Assembly: GCA_964625535.1 (NCBI GenBank)
Contig: CAZVEX010000003.1
Location: 55,524 to 119,523 of the forward strand
Reading direction: 5' to 3'
Length of the DNA stretch: 64,000 nt
DNA from: an uncultured Gammaproteobacteria bacterium
Lineage (GTDB): Bacteria; Patescibacteriota; Microgenomatia; Daviesbacterales; UBA10151
Shown in pieces: positions 9,059-18,796 of the stretch. Under the pieces are notes generated by a model. That model was not told the DNA's origin and ran no database searches. It saw only the letters and a program-made list of their open reading frames with translations. Every line of letters begins with the position of its first letter. Positions within the stretch are counted from its first letter, which is position 1. The translations under genes and the position numbers were made by a program.

Positions 9059-9232
9059 ATGGCTAAAAAAGGTAACCGCATTTTAATAAGACTGGTTTGT
9101 TCTGTTTGTAAAAACAGAAATTATACCAGCTCAAAAAACACGGTAAATACAAAAGAAAAAATAACTTTGAGTAAGTTTTGTAAACACTGTAGAAAACAAA
9201 CTGAACACACTGAAACCTCTAAATTGGATTAA
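9059..9232 (+). CDS. rpmG: 50S ribosomal protein L33 (57 aa; below ORF-track length cutoff)
   Basis: Own translation: MAKKGNRILIRLVCSVCKNRNYTSSKNTVNTKEKITLSKFCKHCRKQTEHTETSKLD. It carries the L33 zinc-ribbon CxxC...CxxC and the KNxxNTxxKLxLKKFC pattern. It sits between tRNA-Thr and tRNA-Trp as in many bacteria. Confidence 0.85.
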   Translation: MAKKGNRILIRLVCSVCKNRNYTSSKNTVNTKEKITLSKFCKHCRKQTEHTETSKLD

Positions 9233-9277
9233 ATTTAATTGCAACTCTTGTCGTTTTCCAGTACAATTTATTTGTTT

Positions 9278-9348
9278 AGGGGCGTCGGTTAACGGTAAAC
9301 CACGGGACTCCAAATCCCGGACTGGAGGTTCGATTCCTCCCGCCCCTG
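9278..9348 (+). tRNA. tRNA-Trp (anticodon CCA), no encoded CCA end
   Basis: Acceptor AGGGGCG/CGCCCCT. Anticodon stem CGGGA/TCCCG with loop CTCCAAA. T-arm GGAGG-TTCGATT-CCTCC. Confidence 0.85.
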
Positions 9349-9405
9349 CTTGAGTTGTCTCCGACATCCTTTACAGATCATCTTAAAATATTCTACTATT
9401 AGTTT

Positions 9406-10707
9406 ATGCCTCAACAACCTAAGGAAAAACATGACCATGGCCCCCTTAAATTTCCTGATGGATTTTTGTGGGGGGCAGGAACAAGTGCACATCAGGTTGA
9501 AGGACAAAACTATTTCAATGACTGGTGGGATTGGGAGATAAAAAAGCAGCCCGTTCGGCTTCGCTCAGGGCATGCTGCCAACCAGTATCATTTGTACGAA
9601 CAGGATTTTGATCTGGCCAAGTCTTTAAACCACAACGCCCACCGGTTAAGCATTGAATGGTCGCGGATTGAACCCCGCGAGGGAGAATTTGACCAAAAAG
9701 AAATAGACCATTACCGTAATGTACTTAAGTATCTTAAGAAACTTAATTTCACGGTCATGCTGACACTTTGGCACGTTACCCTGCCCCAATGGATAGCAGA
9801 AAAAGGAGGCTGGGAAAACGGCCAAACAGTTAAATTTTTTGAAAGATTTGTCAAAAAAATTATTCCCGAGATTGGCCAATATGTGGATTTATGGATCACT
9901 GTCAATGAACCGGGAGTCTATATTTATGAAACCTATATAGCACGGGTCTGGCCCCATGCCAAAAAAAGTTTGCCAGGACAGATCAAAACCCTGCTTAATC
10001 TTGCTTCCGCTCACAAAAAAGCCTACAAAGTCCTACATCAAGCTTTTCCCGCAGGCAAACCCGTGGGCATAGCTAATAACATTATGTCTTTTGAGGCCTT
10101 TCATAAACATTCGCTGACGGAACAAGTGGCAGTTTCCCTAAACGACATCTTTATCAACCACCTGTTTTATTTTCTAACCAAAGGCGCGCACGATTTTCTG
10201 GGGATCAATTACTATTTTCATGTCCGTTTCAAACACCAGGGCCTGATACCCGAGGCTGTTAACAAACTCCAGCAAATTCACGAGATTTCCGATTTAGGCT
10301 GGGAAGTTTACCCGGAGGGCATCTTTGACGTGTTAACGGATTTATCCGACGACATACCCATTTATATTACCGAATGCGGCATTGCCTCAACCAACGATGA
10401 CCGGCGCAACCGTTTTCTAATTATGTATCTGCAGGAGGTGTCCAGAGCCATCAGGAGTGGAGTCAATGTCCGGGGCTTTTTTTACTGGTCTTTAATTGAT
10501 AATTTTGAATGGCATTTGGGTTTTGAGCCAAGATTTGGGCTGGTGGAAGTAGATTATGCCACCTTCAAGCGAACTCCCCGCACTTCAGCCCTAGTTTATG
10601 CGGAAATAATCAAGCACAATGGTATAGAACACAAGCTTTTAAAGCTTTTGGGCCATGGAATAAATGTGGAACAGGAAATAGAACAAATTATTAAAAAAGA
10701 ACACTAA
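9406..10707 (+). CDS. Glycoside hydrolase family 1 (beta-glucosidase/6-phospho-beta-glucosidase-like)
   Basis: GH1 signatures FLWGAGTSAHQVEG, TLWHVTLPQWI, acid/base ITVNEPG and nucleophile region YITECGIAS (ITENG variant). Confidence 0.85.
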   Translation: MPQQPKEKHDHGPLKFPDGFLWGAGTSAHQVEGQNYFNDWWDWEIKKQPVRLRSGHAANQYHLYEQDFDLAKSLNHNAHRLSIEWSRIEPREGEFDQKEIDHYRNVLKYLKKLNFTVMLTLWHVTLPQWIAEKGGWENGQTVKFFERFVKKIIPEIGQYVDLWITVNEPGVYIYETYIARVWPHAKKSLPGQIKTLLNLASAHKKAYKVLHQAFPAGKPVGIANNIMSFEAFHKHSLTEQVAVSLNDIFINHLFYFLTKGAHDFLGINYYFHVRFKHQGLIPEAVNKLQQIHEISDLGWEVYPEGIFDVLTDLSDDIPIYITECGIASTNDDRRNRFLIMYLQEVSRAIRSGVNVRGFFYWSLIDNFEWHLGFEPRFGLVEVDYATFKRTPRTSALVYAEIIKHNGIEHKLLKLLGHGINVEQEIEQIIKKEH

Positions 10708-10708
10708 T

Positions 10709-11608
10709 ATGAGTTTCCTACCTATTGCAATTTTGGGCTATGCCTTAAATGGCGGGGCTGTGGTCATAGACAAAATTCTCCTTAATACCTTCCTTCCCAA
10801 ACCTGCTATTTACACCTTCTATATCAGCATTTTGGGGCTTATTAGCCTTTTGCTTTTACCTTTTGGCTTCCAATGGGAAAACGGCATAATCCTCCCTGCT
10901 TTTTTATCAGGAGTAGCTTCTACTTTGGCCCTGTTAACCTTTTTCCAGAGCTTAAAAATAAGCGAAGCTTCCGTAGCCGGACCGGTGGTGGGAGCATTAA
11001 ATCCCCTGTTTGCTCTAATTCTGGGCACTTTATTTTTTAATCAGTTGATCACCATACCACAATTTATGGCCATGCTGGTTTTAATTTTGGGTGCAGCAAT
11101 TTTAACCTTTAACGTCTGGTTTTCCAGGGTTAAAACCAACCGCCAACTTTTAATGATGATTCTTGCCGGGTTTTTGTTTGCCTTATCATATGTTTTTTTA
11201 AAAGAAGTTTTTTTGCAGAGCAACTTTATTACCGGTTTGGTTTTAACGCGCCTTTTCGGTGCTATTACAGTTTTAACTTTTTTTCTTATGTCCGATTTCA
11301 GAAGCCAGATTTTTGCTTCAAAAGTAAAAAAACATAGCTTTTTTAACAAAACTTCCCTGCTTCTTTTGACAGGGCAAAGCATGGGAGCTACCCAGGGATT
11401 TTTACTGGCTTACGCCACCACGCTCACTTCCCCGGCCCTAGTTAATTCTTTATTTGGAGTGCAGTACCTCATCATCTTGGCTGCAGCTTTAATTTTAGCT
11501 AAAAAACACCCCTTTCTTTTGGGTGAAAATTTGTCTAAAAAAGTGATTTGGCAAAAAATTCTGGGAGCAGCAGTTTTAAGCTACGGAGTTTATTTGCTAA
11601 GCAAATGA
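10709..11608 (+). CDS. Polytopic membrane protein, EamA/DMT-like (10 TM)
   Basis: Hydrophobicity pattern of two 5-TM halves. No catalytic motif. The start is adjacent to the GH1 stop. Confidence 0.45.
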   Translation: MSFLPIAILGYALNGGAVVIDKILLNTFLPKPAIYTFYISILGLISLLLLPFGFQWENGIILPAFLSGVASTLALLTFFQSLKISEASVAGPVVGALNPLFALILGTLFFNQLITIPQFMAMLVLILGAAILTFNVWFSRVKTNRQLLMMILAGFLFALSYVFLKEVFLQSNFITGLVLTRLFGAITVLTFFLMSDFRSQIFASKVKKHSFFNKTSLLLLTGQSMGATQGFLLAYATTLTSPALVNSLFGVQYLIILAAALILAKKHPFLLGENLSKKVIWQKILGAAVLSYGVYLLSK

Positions 11609-12564
11609 TGAAAAACCATAAGCTTCATATTTTAATACTTGTTCTGATAATTTTAGTTGTCATTTTTGTGGTTTTTAACATCCAAACCGACAACTTAAAC
11701 TTAAAAAAAACCGTTACTTTTGGGGTTTCTTTCTCCCCGCGTTATGCCCAAGAATTGGAGCTGGATCCCAGACCAACCTATCAATCTATTTTAACTGATT
11801 TGGGTACAAAAAGTGTTCGTTTGTCCGCTTATTGGGATGAAATAGAACTTGAGCAGGATAAATTTAACTTCCAAGATCTTGATTGGTATGTTGGTGAAGC
11901 CAGCAAAAACCAAGCTAAAGTTATTCTGGCCATAGGTCATAAACTCCCCCGCTGGCCGGAATGCCGCGCCCCAAAATGGTTAAATGATCGTAAAGAACAA
12001 CAATTAATTATGCTTGAGAAAGTTATTGAGCATTTCGAGAATAATCCGTCTGTTTCAGCCTGGCAGGTGGAAAATGAACCACTGCTAAATTTTGGACTTT
12101 GTCCTAAACCCGACAGGCAGTTTTTACAAAAAGAGGTAGCATTTGTCCGCTCAAAAACAAAAAAACCGATTATTATTACCGATTCCGGGGAACTTCGGCC
12201 CTGGATTACCCCGGCCAAACTGTCGGATTCTTTGGGTATTACTCTTTACAGAACAGTTGAAACCCCGTTTTTTGGCACTTTCCAATATCCCTTTCCCCCC
12301 TGGTTTTATCGCCTTAAATCAAACCTGGTCAGTAAAAAAACCATTATCGTAGAGCTGCAGGCTGAACCATGGGCCAGGGAATCACTTCCAAAGACTTCCC
12401 TTGAAGAACAAATCAAAAGATTTTCTCCCGAGCAGTTTAGAAAAAATGTCGAATTTGCCAGGAAAACCGGTTTTGAGGAAATTTATCTTTGGGGAGTAGA
12501 ATGGTGGTATTACATGGCTCTAAATGGTTATCCCCAATATCTGGAATTTGCCAAGAGGCTATGA
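11604..12564 (+). CDS. Membrane-anchored TIM-barrel glycoside hydrolase (GH5/GH-A clan-like)
   Basis: N-terminal TM anchor (MMKNHKLHILILVLIILVVIFVVF) then a GH-A clan acid/base motif WQVENEP. The track ORF start at 11548 lies inside the upstream gene. ATGATG at 11604 is the more plausible start. Confidence 0.55.
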
Positions 12565-13029
12565 TGAATCTGCTGTTTGGCTGGCCATAAAAGGAAATTG
12601 CCCCTTGCCCATGGGATGCTCTCCCAGAAAACAATTAAAGGCTGCCACTTGTTGATTGACAAACACCATCATCCCTGGCACTCCTTTGATCCACACCTGG
12701 CACTCGCCGCAATGAAAAGCTGTTTCTCCGTCCGTTTGAACATAATCATAACCCCTGTCATTTCTCACTCGGCCGCCAAAAGGACGGCCTTTTTTACTGA
12801 TTAAGGCTTCCGGGGAAAGGGCTGCCAATCCCTCTCGCATTAATACCTGTTTTCGCACTGCCGTTCTGTCTTGATATTTTCCGGCAATTTGCCGGTCTAA
12901 ACCGGCAATTTCCTCATCCAAACACTCTATCTGACCCCTTTCCTCGTCTGTAAAAGCATCCATATTAATCCCAAAACTTGCACAAAAGTTGGTTATACTT
13001 CTTGCAGAAATTTTTCCCTCTGTTTCCAT
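12559..13029 (-). CDS. Hypothetical protein with CxxC-containing C-terminal half
   Basis: 156-aa ORF with GC-elevated composition and an HCGECQVW motif. No family recognised. Confidence 0.35.
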   Translation of the reverse strand: METEGKISARSITNFCASFGINMDAFTDEERGQIECLDEEIAGLDRQIAGKYQDRTAVRKQVLMREGLAALSPEALISKKGRPFGGRVRNDRGYDYVQTDGETAFHCGECQVWIKGVPGMMVFVNQQVAAFNCFLGEHPMGKGQFPFMASQTADSS

Positions 13030-13087
13030 ATCGTATATTATAGCAGCTAAGGATCAAATTTCCACTAGATGCTATACTTAAATCAGC

Positions 13088-14357
13088 ATGAAAGAATCCC
13101 CTAATGAACCAAGACGCCTTACCAGAAGCCAATTCTTAAGAGAGCTTGGTGTTTATCTGTCTTCCGGTCTGGCTGGTGTAGGATTATCGAGGCTCTTAGG
13201 GCTATTACCCCACCCAATGACTGAAGGAAGCCAAACACCTGCCGGCACACCAGAAACAGAAACCGGGGAAACTCTCACCTCATTAGCCGGCCTCTATTTG
13301 GAATCTGCCCGCAGAAATATCAAAACCACTTCTTCCGGCCAAAAAGTTATTGTTCCCAGCCAAATGTACAGAGAAGTCTATCTAAGAGATACTTTCTTCA
13401 CTCTGGTTGGTTTGGAAGATCCGCAGCTTAATCAGGACAGTTTTAGATTATTTAGCTCTCGCCAGCAGGGCAACGGCCAAATGCCAACCGCCATCTCCCT
13501 TGATCAAAAAGCAGAAAACATACAGCCTCAAGATGATGAATCAACCCTGCTGTTTCTCATTTGGGCAGGATTAAGAACCCGGGCAGGAGAAAAAGTCGAC
13601 CCGGAAAAAATAAAACAAGCCTATTCTTTTGTATCAGCGCGTGTTCAAGAAGGCTGGTATTTTTCTTCTGCGGGAGATTTTCGCCATTGGGCCGATACTT
13701 ACATCAACCGACAAAGAGCAGTCATTTCTTATAATCAGGGTCTTTTCGCCCTGGCTGTAAAAATACTCAAAGAGTATCAACCGGATCTTGTTTCCGACCA
13801 GCTAATGCATCAAGCACAGGAAAATTACAGAAACTTGTTCAGGCGTAATTTTGGTTTTATACCCTTGAGCAACCAAACCAATTATCAGGACGCCTCTGCC
13901 CTCCTGCCGGAACTACTCTCCCGTTTGTATTCGGGGCAAGGCATGCTCGAGGAGGACAAAATTATCACTGCTGTTGATCACTTAATCAGCACAGCCACTG
14001 TCCGCGATGACAAACGCCAAATCCGAGGTATCAAAGCGATCTCCCAACCGGGACGGCTCTTTTTTACCGCTTGAACTTTTCACTCCTCATCTTCGCGGCA
14101 AGGGAGAATATCAAAACGGCGCTTACTGGCCGATGTTTATCTTATCTTCGCTTTGTCTGGCCTACTCCATTAACCGTGATCCAAAATATCAAACTTTGGC
14201 CGAAGAGTTGATAAAAAAGGAGCTGGGAGGAGATGGCAAAAGCAAAGAATTCATCTCTCTTTCACCAGAGAATCCCGGTATTTTTGATCCACTGCGGTCT
14301 GATTATTCCTGGAACGCGCTAATTTACACTGCTTTACGCTTTGCCAAAATGATTTAG
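13088..14357 (+). pseudogene. Six-hairpin (alpha/alpha)6 glycosidase-like gene (GH63/GH100/GDE_C superfamily) interrupted by a +1 frameshift in a T6 run at 14059-14064
   Basis: ORF 13088-14074 (YLRDTFFTLVG..., LLFLIWAGL) and overlapping ORF 14007-14357 (GEYQNGAYWPM, resembling the YHNGGxWP motif) are in different frames. Deleting one T from the T6 run joins them into a single ~420-aa ORF. Confidence 0.55.
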
Positions 14358-16852
14358 CGGCCTTCTTTTCTTGCCAAGTTACGATCCAGCTTGGGCGAAC
14401 CCAAGGCAGTATAGGGGCCCACATTATCCGAATTTTTGCCCGGTTCTCTTTTATCAGGATCCGGCCTGGCTCCCCGGTCAAACACATCGTAGCCTGCCTC
14501 TTTTAAAGCTTTGACAATTTCCTGCTGCAGTGACCTGGCCAGCGCCTCGCTGGAAGCTCTCCTCTTGCCATCCGGCATGGCATATTCATTGGGAAAGGAG
14601 GTTTCGGCACCGACTGCATTGCCATCTGTTAAACCGTTAAAATGCAAAGAAACATAAGCCACTTTCCTATCTTCTCCTTCATCCGGGGTGCGCAGCGCTT
14701 CAGCCATGGCCAAAAGCAGAGCTTTTCTTTTTTGAATTCGCTCAATATTGGACACTAAACCATCTCCGTCTACATCTTCATCTTGAGGAATTTCCGGGCG
14801 CAAAATGACAAGGTCGTAACTACCCTCGCTTGCCCGAAGCAGCTCCCGGGCAGTTAGATTGGCCAGCTCCCAGGTCATATCTTTTTCCGCCAGCTTCTCA
14901 CCTTCCACAGTAGTAGCAGCGACTCCAATATCGCTGGCGCCGTGTCCCGGGTCAAGGCCGATGACGGCATGACCTTGACCGTAATGTTCCACAATGGCTT
15001 TGGCATGAGCTTTGGCCAGACCAGCCAAAATCTTCTCTCGTTTTTCTTTAGGAAATTGGGCCAGCTCTTTTAAAAACAAGCTTTCTGTTAACACTGCATC
15101 ATGACTGTTGCGAAGCATCCCAATCCATCGGGCCACTTCACCGTAACTTAACTCCTGGGGATAATAAATCTTAGACTCGGGCAAGGTAGGCACTTCTTCT
15201 CCTTGCTTCCCCTGGGTCAAAAGTAAAAGCTGTTTGCGGACTTCCTGTCTGATCGGTTTCCAATAGGCTTCTCTGGGATTGGAGGAAGTAGGATTTCCTC
15301 CGCGGACCATGGTGATGGCTACCCCTTCAATGCCGGCCCCAGTCACAAAATTGCGATTGCTGATTACCAAACCTTTCATTTCCGGAGCGCCCAGCTCCCA
15401 ACCGCCAGAAAACTGCTGCAGGATTCCCTCTCCTGTCATTTTGACAATTTCCAAAAGTGCAGGGGAAAACAAACCCTCAAGATCAAAATCCGGCTTTAAG
15501 CGACCCTGGTTGATTTTTTCCAGCAACACATTTCTTAGGTTCAGCGCCAGATGCCCTTTATTGAAAGGAGATTTTTGCACCTCTTCTACCAGTCTTTGGA
15601 AAAATGCCGCCAAAACTTCCTGCTGGCGGCCAGCCCTGACATAATCACTGCCTCCTTGGTGCAGACGACTACGCACATATTTTAAAGCTGTAGGACCGTT
15701 CAGTTGTTGTCTCCCCTGCTTCAAATAAAAAGGATCAAATCCTGCTCCTTCTTTGGTAGGATATCTGGGATCGCTGATCGCCTCTTTAACATCAACTTCC
15801 ACATACCTCACTGTTTTATCAATTACATCCTCCAACACATCAAAACGCGACACAGTGGCCAGATCCATGGACAGCCCGGTGGCATTTTCCAACACTTCTT
15901 TGACCAGATCAATGCCACCCAGCTGATAGGCAAAATTAATGCGCGACCAGGCGGAGTTTTTACCAACCCGTAAGACTTCAGGGGACTCCAGGTCTCTCGG
16001 CACTGACAACAAAAAAGCGGTGTTGGTGGGAAGGTGATAGGAAAAAATCAAAATGGAATCGGTCATGGTGCCTTCTTTGCCGATCCCCAAAAGCACTCCA
16101 TTGATTCTACCTTCATTTAGCTCCCGGTCAATTCTTTTTAAATAATCCATATCTTCCTTGACTCTTTGCTCTCTAATTTGTCTAACTTCCTTGACAATCC
16201 TTGGCAAAAACATCTCCCGTAAAATATCTTTTCTGGTTGGCTCAACCATGGCAGCTTCTGTGATTACCCCTTCTACAAAACCCACTTCGGCTTCAGAGTG
16301 TTTGACGATTTTGGGAATATCTGGTGTTGGCAAAACTTCTGCAGCCTCACCGCCAGCGGGAACTCCCACCAAAGATCGGGGTGAGGCTTGGGCCGGGCTG
16401 GCAAAAACAGGCCCCAAAGCTTGAAATGCTCTTTCTGCCGCGGCGCCGACGACCATGGTCGCACCTATTCCCAACAATCTCCTTCTTGAAACTCCTCTCC
16501 CAGTCCTGCCGCTTTGAGAAGTTTGAGTTGGCACTTTTCTTGGCTCTAAAACTCCTGTTCGCTGCAGATACAGCTCTATCAGCACCCGGAAGTCAATATC
16601 TCTACTTCTGAACTCATTCTCCAATGCCTGCTTGCGAACCCTGTCAAAACCCCTGGCCAGACCTCTCATTTCTTCCGTGGGGATGACTTTTTGATCGCGT
16701 TCCAGCCTCATCCTGACCAGTTCAAAAAAGGGGTCTTGAGTCGGGGGAAGCTGACCAGCTATTTCAGACCAGACATTTTCCCGACGGACAGACGGATCTT
16801 GAGCAACCTGTCTGAATTCATTGACATCTATATTTGGTGGAATTTCCGGCAT
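14354..16852 (-). CDS. Fusion protein: LytR-CpsA-Psr (LCP) domain + N-acetylmuramoyl-L-alanine amidase (Amidase_3) domain
   Basis: The central domain INGVLLGIGKEGTMTDSILIFSYH...SVPRDL is an LCP signature. The C-terminal domain GLDPGHGASDIGV...VSLHFNG matches Amidase_3 (DPGHGG...SIHxN). A twin-arginine-like SRRRLLGIGATMVVGAAA anchor sits ~120 aa from the N-terminus. GC is elevated. Confidence 0.7.
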   Translation of the reverse strand: MPEIPPNIDVNEFRQVAQDPSVRRENVWSEIAGQLPPTQDPFFELVRMRLERDQKVIPTEEMRGLARGFDRVRKQALENEFRSRDIDFRVLIELYLQRTGVLEPRKVPTQTSQSGRTGRGVSRRRLLGIGATMVVGAAAERAFQALGPVFASPAQASPRSLVGVPAGGEAAEVLPTPDIPKIVKHSEAEVGFVEGVITEAAMVEPTRKDILREMFLPRIVKEVRQIREQRVKEDMDYLKRIDRELNEGRINGVLLGIGKEGTMTDSILIFSYHLPTNTAFLLSVPRDLESPEVLRVGKNSAWSRINFAYQLGGIDLVKEVLENATGLSMDLATVSRFDVLEDVIDKTVRYVEVDVKEAISDPRYPTKEGAGFDPFYLKQGRQQLNGPTALKYVRSRLHQGGSDYVRAGRQQEVLAAFFQRLVEEVQKSPFNKGHLALNLRNVLLEKINQGRLKPDFDLEGLFSPALLEIVKMTGEGILQQFSGGWELGAPEMKGLVISNRNFVTGAGIEGVAITMVRGGNPTSSNPREAYWKPIRQEVRKQLLLLTQGKQGEEVPTLPESKIYYPQELSYGEVARWIGMLRNSHDAVLTESLFLKELAQFPKEKREKILAGLAKAHAKAIVEHYGQGHAVIGLDPGHGASDIGVAATTVEGEKLAEKDMTWELANLTARELLRASEGSYDLVILRPEIPQDEDVDGDGLVSNIERIQKRKALLLAMAEALRTPDEGEDRKVAYVSLHFNGLTDGNAVGAETSFPNEYAMPDGKRRASSEALARSLQQEIVKALKEAGYDVFDRGARPDPDKREPGKNSDNVGPYTALGSPKLDRNLARKEGR

Positions 16853-16862
16853 AATTTAAATT

Positions 16863-18776
16863 TCACTGCTCTATAATATCCGGCGGCCCTTCCCTGTCCC
16901 AATCGGGAGATTGTTCAGCTGATCCGGCAACCTCTCTTTCCCAAGCCTCCAAAAATGCCTGATCTTTCGGATCAAGCGCATCTCTTTTTTCCGCCAGTTC
17001 ACGGACTTTAGCGGCAATCTGAATTTTTAGTGCTTCTTTATCTTCCTGGTTGGTAAGTTTTTCATTAACCTTGCGAATTAATTCGTCGCCAGGCAAAACT
17101 CTGCCTGTGAAAATATTATTTGCCATTGTCCGGGACCCAAGACCGGCTTGTTCTAATAACTGATCTACAGCTTCCTCACTTATTTCCACCTTTGGGCCTA
17201 TTTTAGGCTGCAAAATCCACTCCGCATACTGCCTTAAAGACAAATTAGGGTTACCTAGCCGTGTTCTCACCTGATCAAAATTAACCCCGGAGAGCCGCAG
17301 TGCCTGCTCTATACTATCTCTTGCGTTTTCTCTCGCTCTTTCTTTTGCTCCTTCTCGCCAATCATCCACTCCTGTTTGTCCTACAGCTCGTTCTTGTAAG
17401 ACTGGGCCTTGCGGGGCTGGAACGGCAGTCCACAAATATCCCCTCCAGGCTTTGGCCCGGGCTTCATCACCGGCCTGATCCAATTTTTGAATAATTAAAT
17501 CTTTTAGGACCCTAACTTCATCCGGATGATAAAATTGGCGAAGTTTTTGCATTAACTCCTCATCCGGCCCGAATTTGCCTTTGACAATTGAATCCGCATC
17601 GCTTTCAAAAAGCTCATTTGCCATAGCTTCAATCTCCTCCTGGGTTTTGTCTTTAAATAAAGGAGAAGCTAAGACAATTTCTCTATTTGAGGGTCTTTCT
17701 TTTTTAAGACGTTTTGCCCATTGCTGACGCCTGTCAAGACTGCCTTGCAGTTCCTCTCTGGCCTGCCGGACTGGGGTTTGCTCCCGTCCGAAACTGATGA
17801 CAAAATCCTTTCCATCCTCGCTGATGGAAAACCCGGCTGTTTTCCAGGCTTTATCAGCCAGTTGTCCGTTTAATTGATCTTTCAGGGTGGAAATTATATT
17901 TCCCAGTGCCTGATTGATTATTTCCTGAGAACCTCTGTGTAACATGGCCACCTTGTTTAACTGGCTGGATTGCACTCGAAGCTCTGTCCCGTCGCCGTCT
18001 GCTGCCAGCATAATGGTAAAGCTGGTTGAACCGCCTTTGGAAATTTCCCCCTGGGCCTGGGCGGAGCGACCGTCTAGTATCTTAATATTTAGATTTTGCA
18101 AGCTGGCACCTTGAGGAAGAGGCAGGCTTTGCAGATATCCTGCCAGTCTTCGGGGTGAGGCAAAAACTTTTCCTTCCGGCCCACTCTCCCCGGCCAAAAT
18201 ATCATCAATTTCCTCCACAAATCCCTTTCTGGGTTTAGACATTCGCTCTTGCGGTTCCAGCAGAACTTTGGCTTTTGCTTCTGCCAGCAATCCGCCCCTT
18301 TCATTTTCCTCTTCTGTAGGAACCCCGGGCCCCACAGGCGCGGGAGCAAGTTCGGCAGGCTCTGCTGCAACCAGACCTGCCGGGACGGGGCTTTCTATTC
18401 TCCTGCCCAGAAACTGTTCTGCCAAAGCAGAAAAAGGCAAATCCGGATCATCAGGATTGATGCCGCAACTTTCCAGAAAGGTCACGAAATCTCCATACAT
18501 CTGGCCTCTGACTTCCGAGGGTAAATCATATCCCTGGTTTTGCAAACGAGCATCCAACACCGCATCCGTAGGGTAATAATCGGGGTCGCCTGTTATTCTC
18601 TGCTGTAAATTTTCCGGTAAACCGGCAAATGTGCTCTGCCAGCTTCCCTGCTGCTCACTGACAATTTGACCCACATCTGCTTTCTCAACTGCCGTAGGTT
18701 CTGTTGGAATATACTTTACCTCTACCGGCGGTCTTACTTCATGTTCCATACAACTAAATTTTAACATTTTACTCAA
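16863..18776 (-). CDS. Hypothetical protein (637 aa), GC-elevated, no recognised domain
   Basis: Long uninterrupted ORF with coding-like composition and a charged, coiled-coil-like C-terminal half. The true start may be the internal MEHEV. Confidence 0.5.
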   Translation of the reverse strand: MSKMLKFSCMEHEVRPPVEVKYIPTEPTAVEKADVGQIVSEQQGSWQSTFAGLPENLQQRITGDPDYYPTDAVLDARLQNQGYDLPSEVRGQMYGDFVTFLESCGINPDDPDLPFSALAEQFLGRRIESPVPAGLVAAEPAELAPAPVGPGVPTEEENERGGLLAEAKAKVLLEPQERMSKPRKGFVEEIDDILAGESGPEGKVFASPRRLAGYLQSLPLPQGASLQNLNIKILDGRSAQAQGEISKGGSTSFTIMLAADGDGTELRVQSSQLNKVAMLHRGSQEIINQALGNIISTLKDQLNGQLADKAWKTAGFSISEDGKDFVISFGREQTPVRQAREELQGSLDRRQQWAKRLKKERPSNREIVLASPLFKDKTQEEIEAMANELFESDADSIVKGKFGPDEELMQKLRQFYHPDEVRVLKDLIIQKLDQAGDEARAKAWRGYLWTAVPAPQGPVLQERAVGQTGVDDWREGAKERARENARDSIEQALRLSGVNFDQVRTRLGNPNLSLRQYAEWILQPKIGPKVEISEEAVDQLLEQAGLGSRTMANNIFTGRVLPGDELIRKVNEKLTNQEDKEALKIQIAAKVRELAEKRDALDPKDQAFLEAWEREVAGSAEQSPDWDREGPPDIIEQ

Positions 18777-18796
18777 AAATAATGTATAATTAGTAT

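Noticed and set aside
9349-9420. Integrase or att site next to tRNA-Trp
   Set aside because: I looked for a phage-type integrase or a direct repeat of the tRNA 3' end bounding the inserted block and did not find one by eye. The island hypothesis therefore rests on synteny and composition only.
13130-13170. Twin-arginine (Tat) signal in the glycosidase N-terminus (PRRLTRSQFL)
   Set aside because: The spacing between RR and FL does not fit the S/T-R-R-x-F-L-K consensus.
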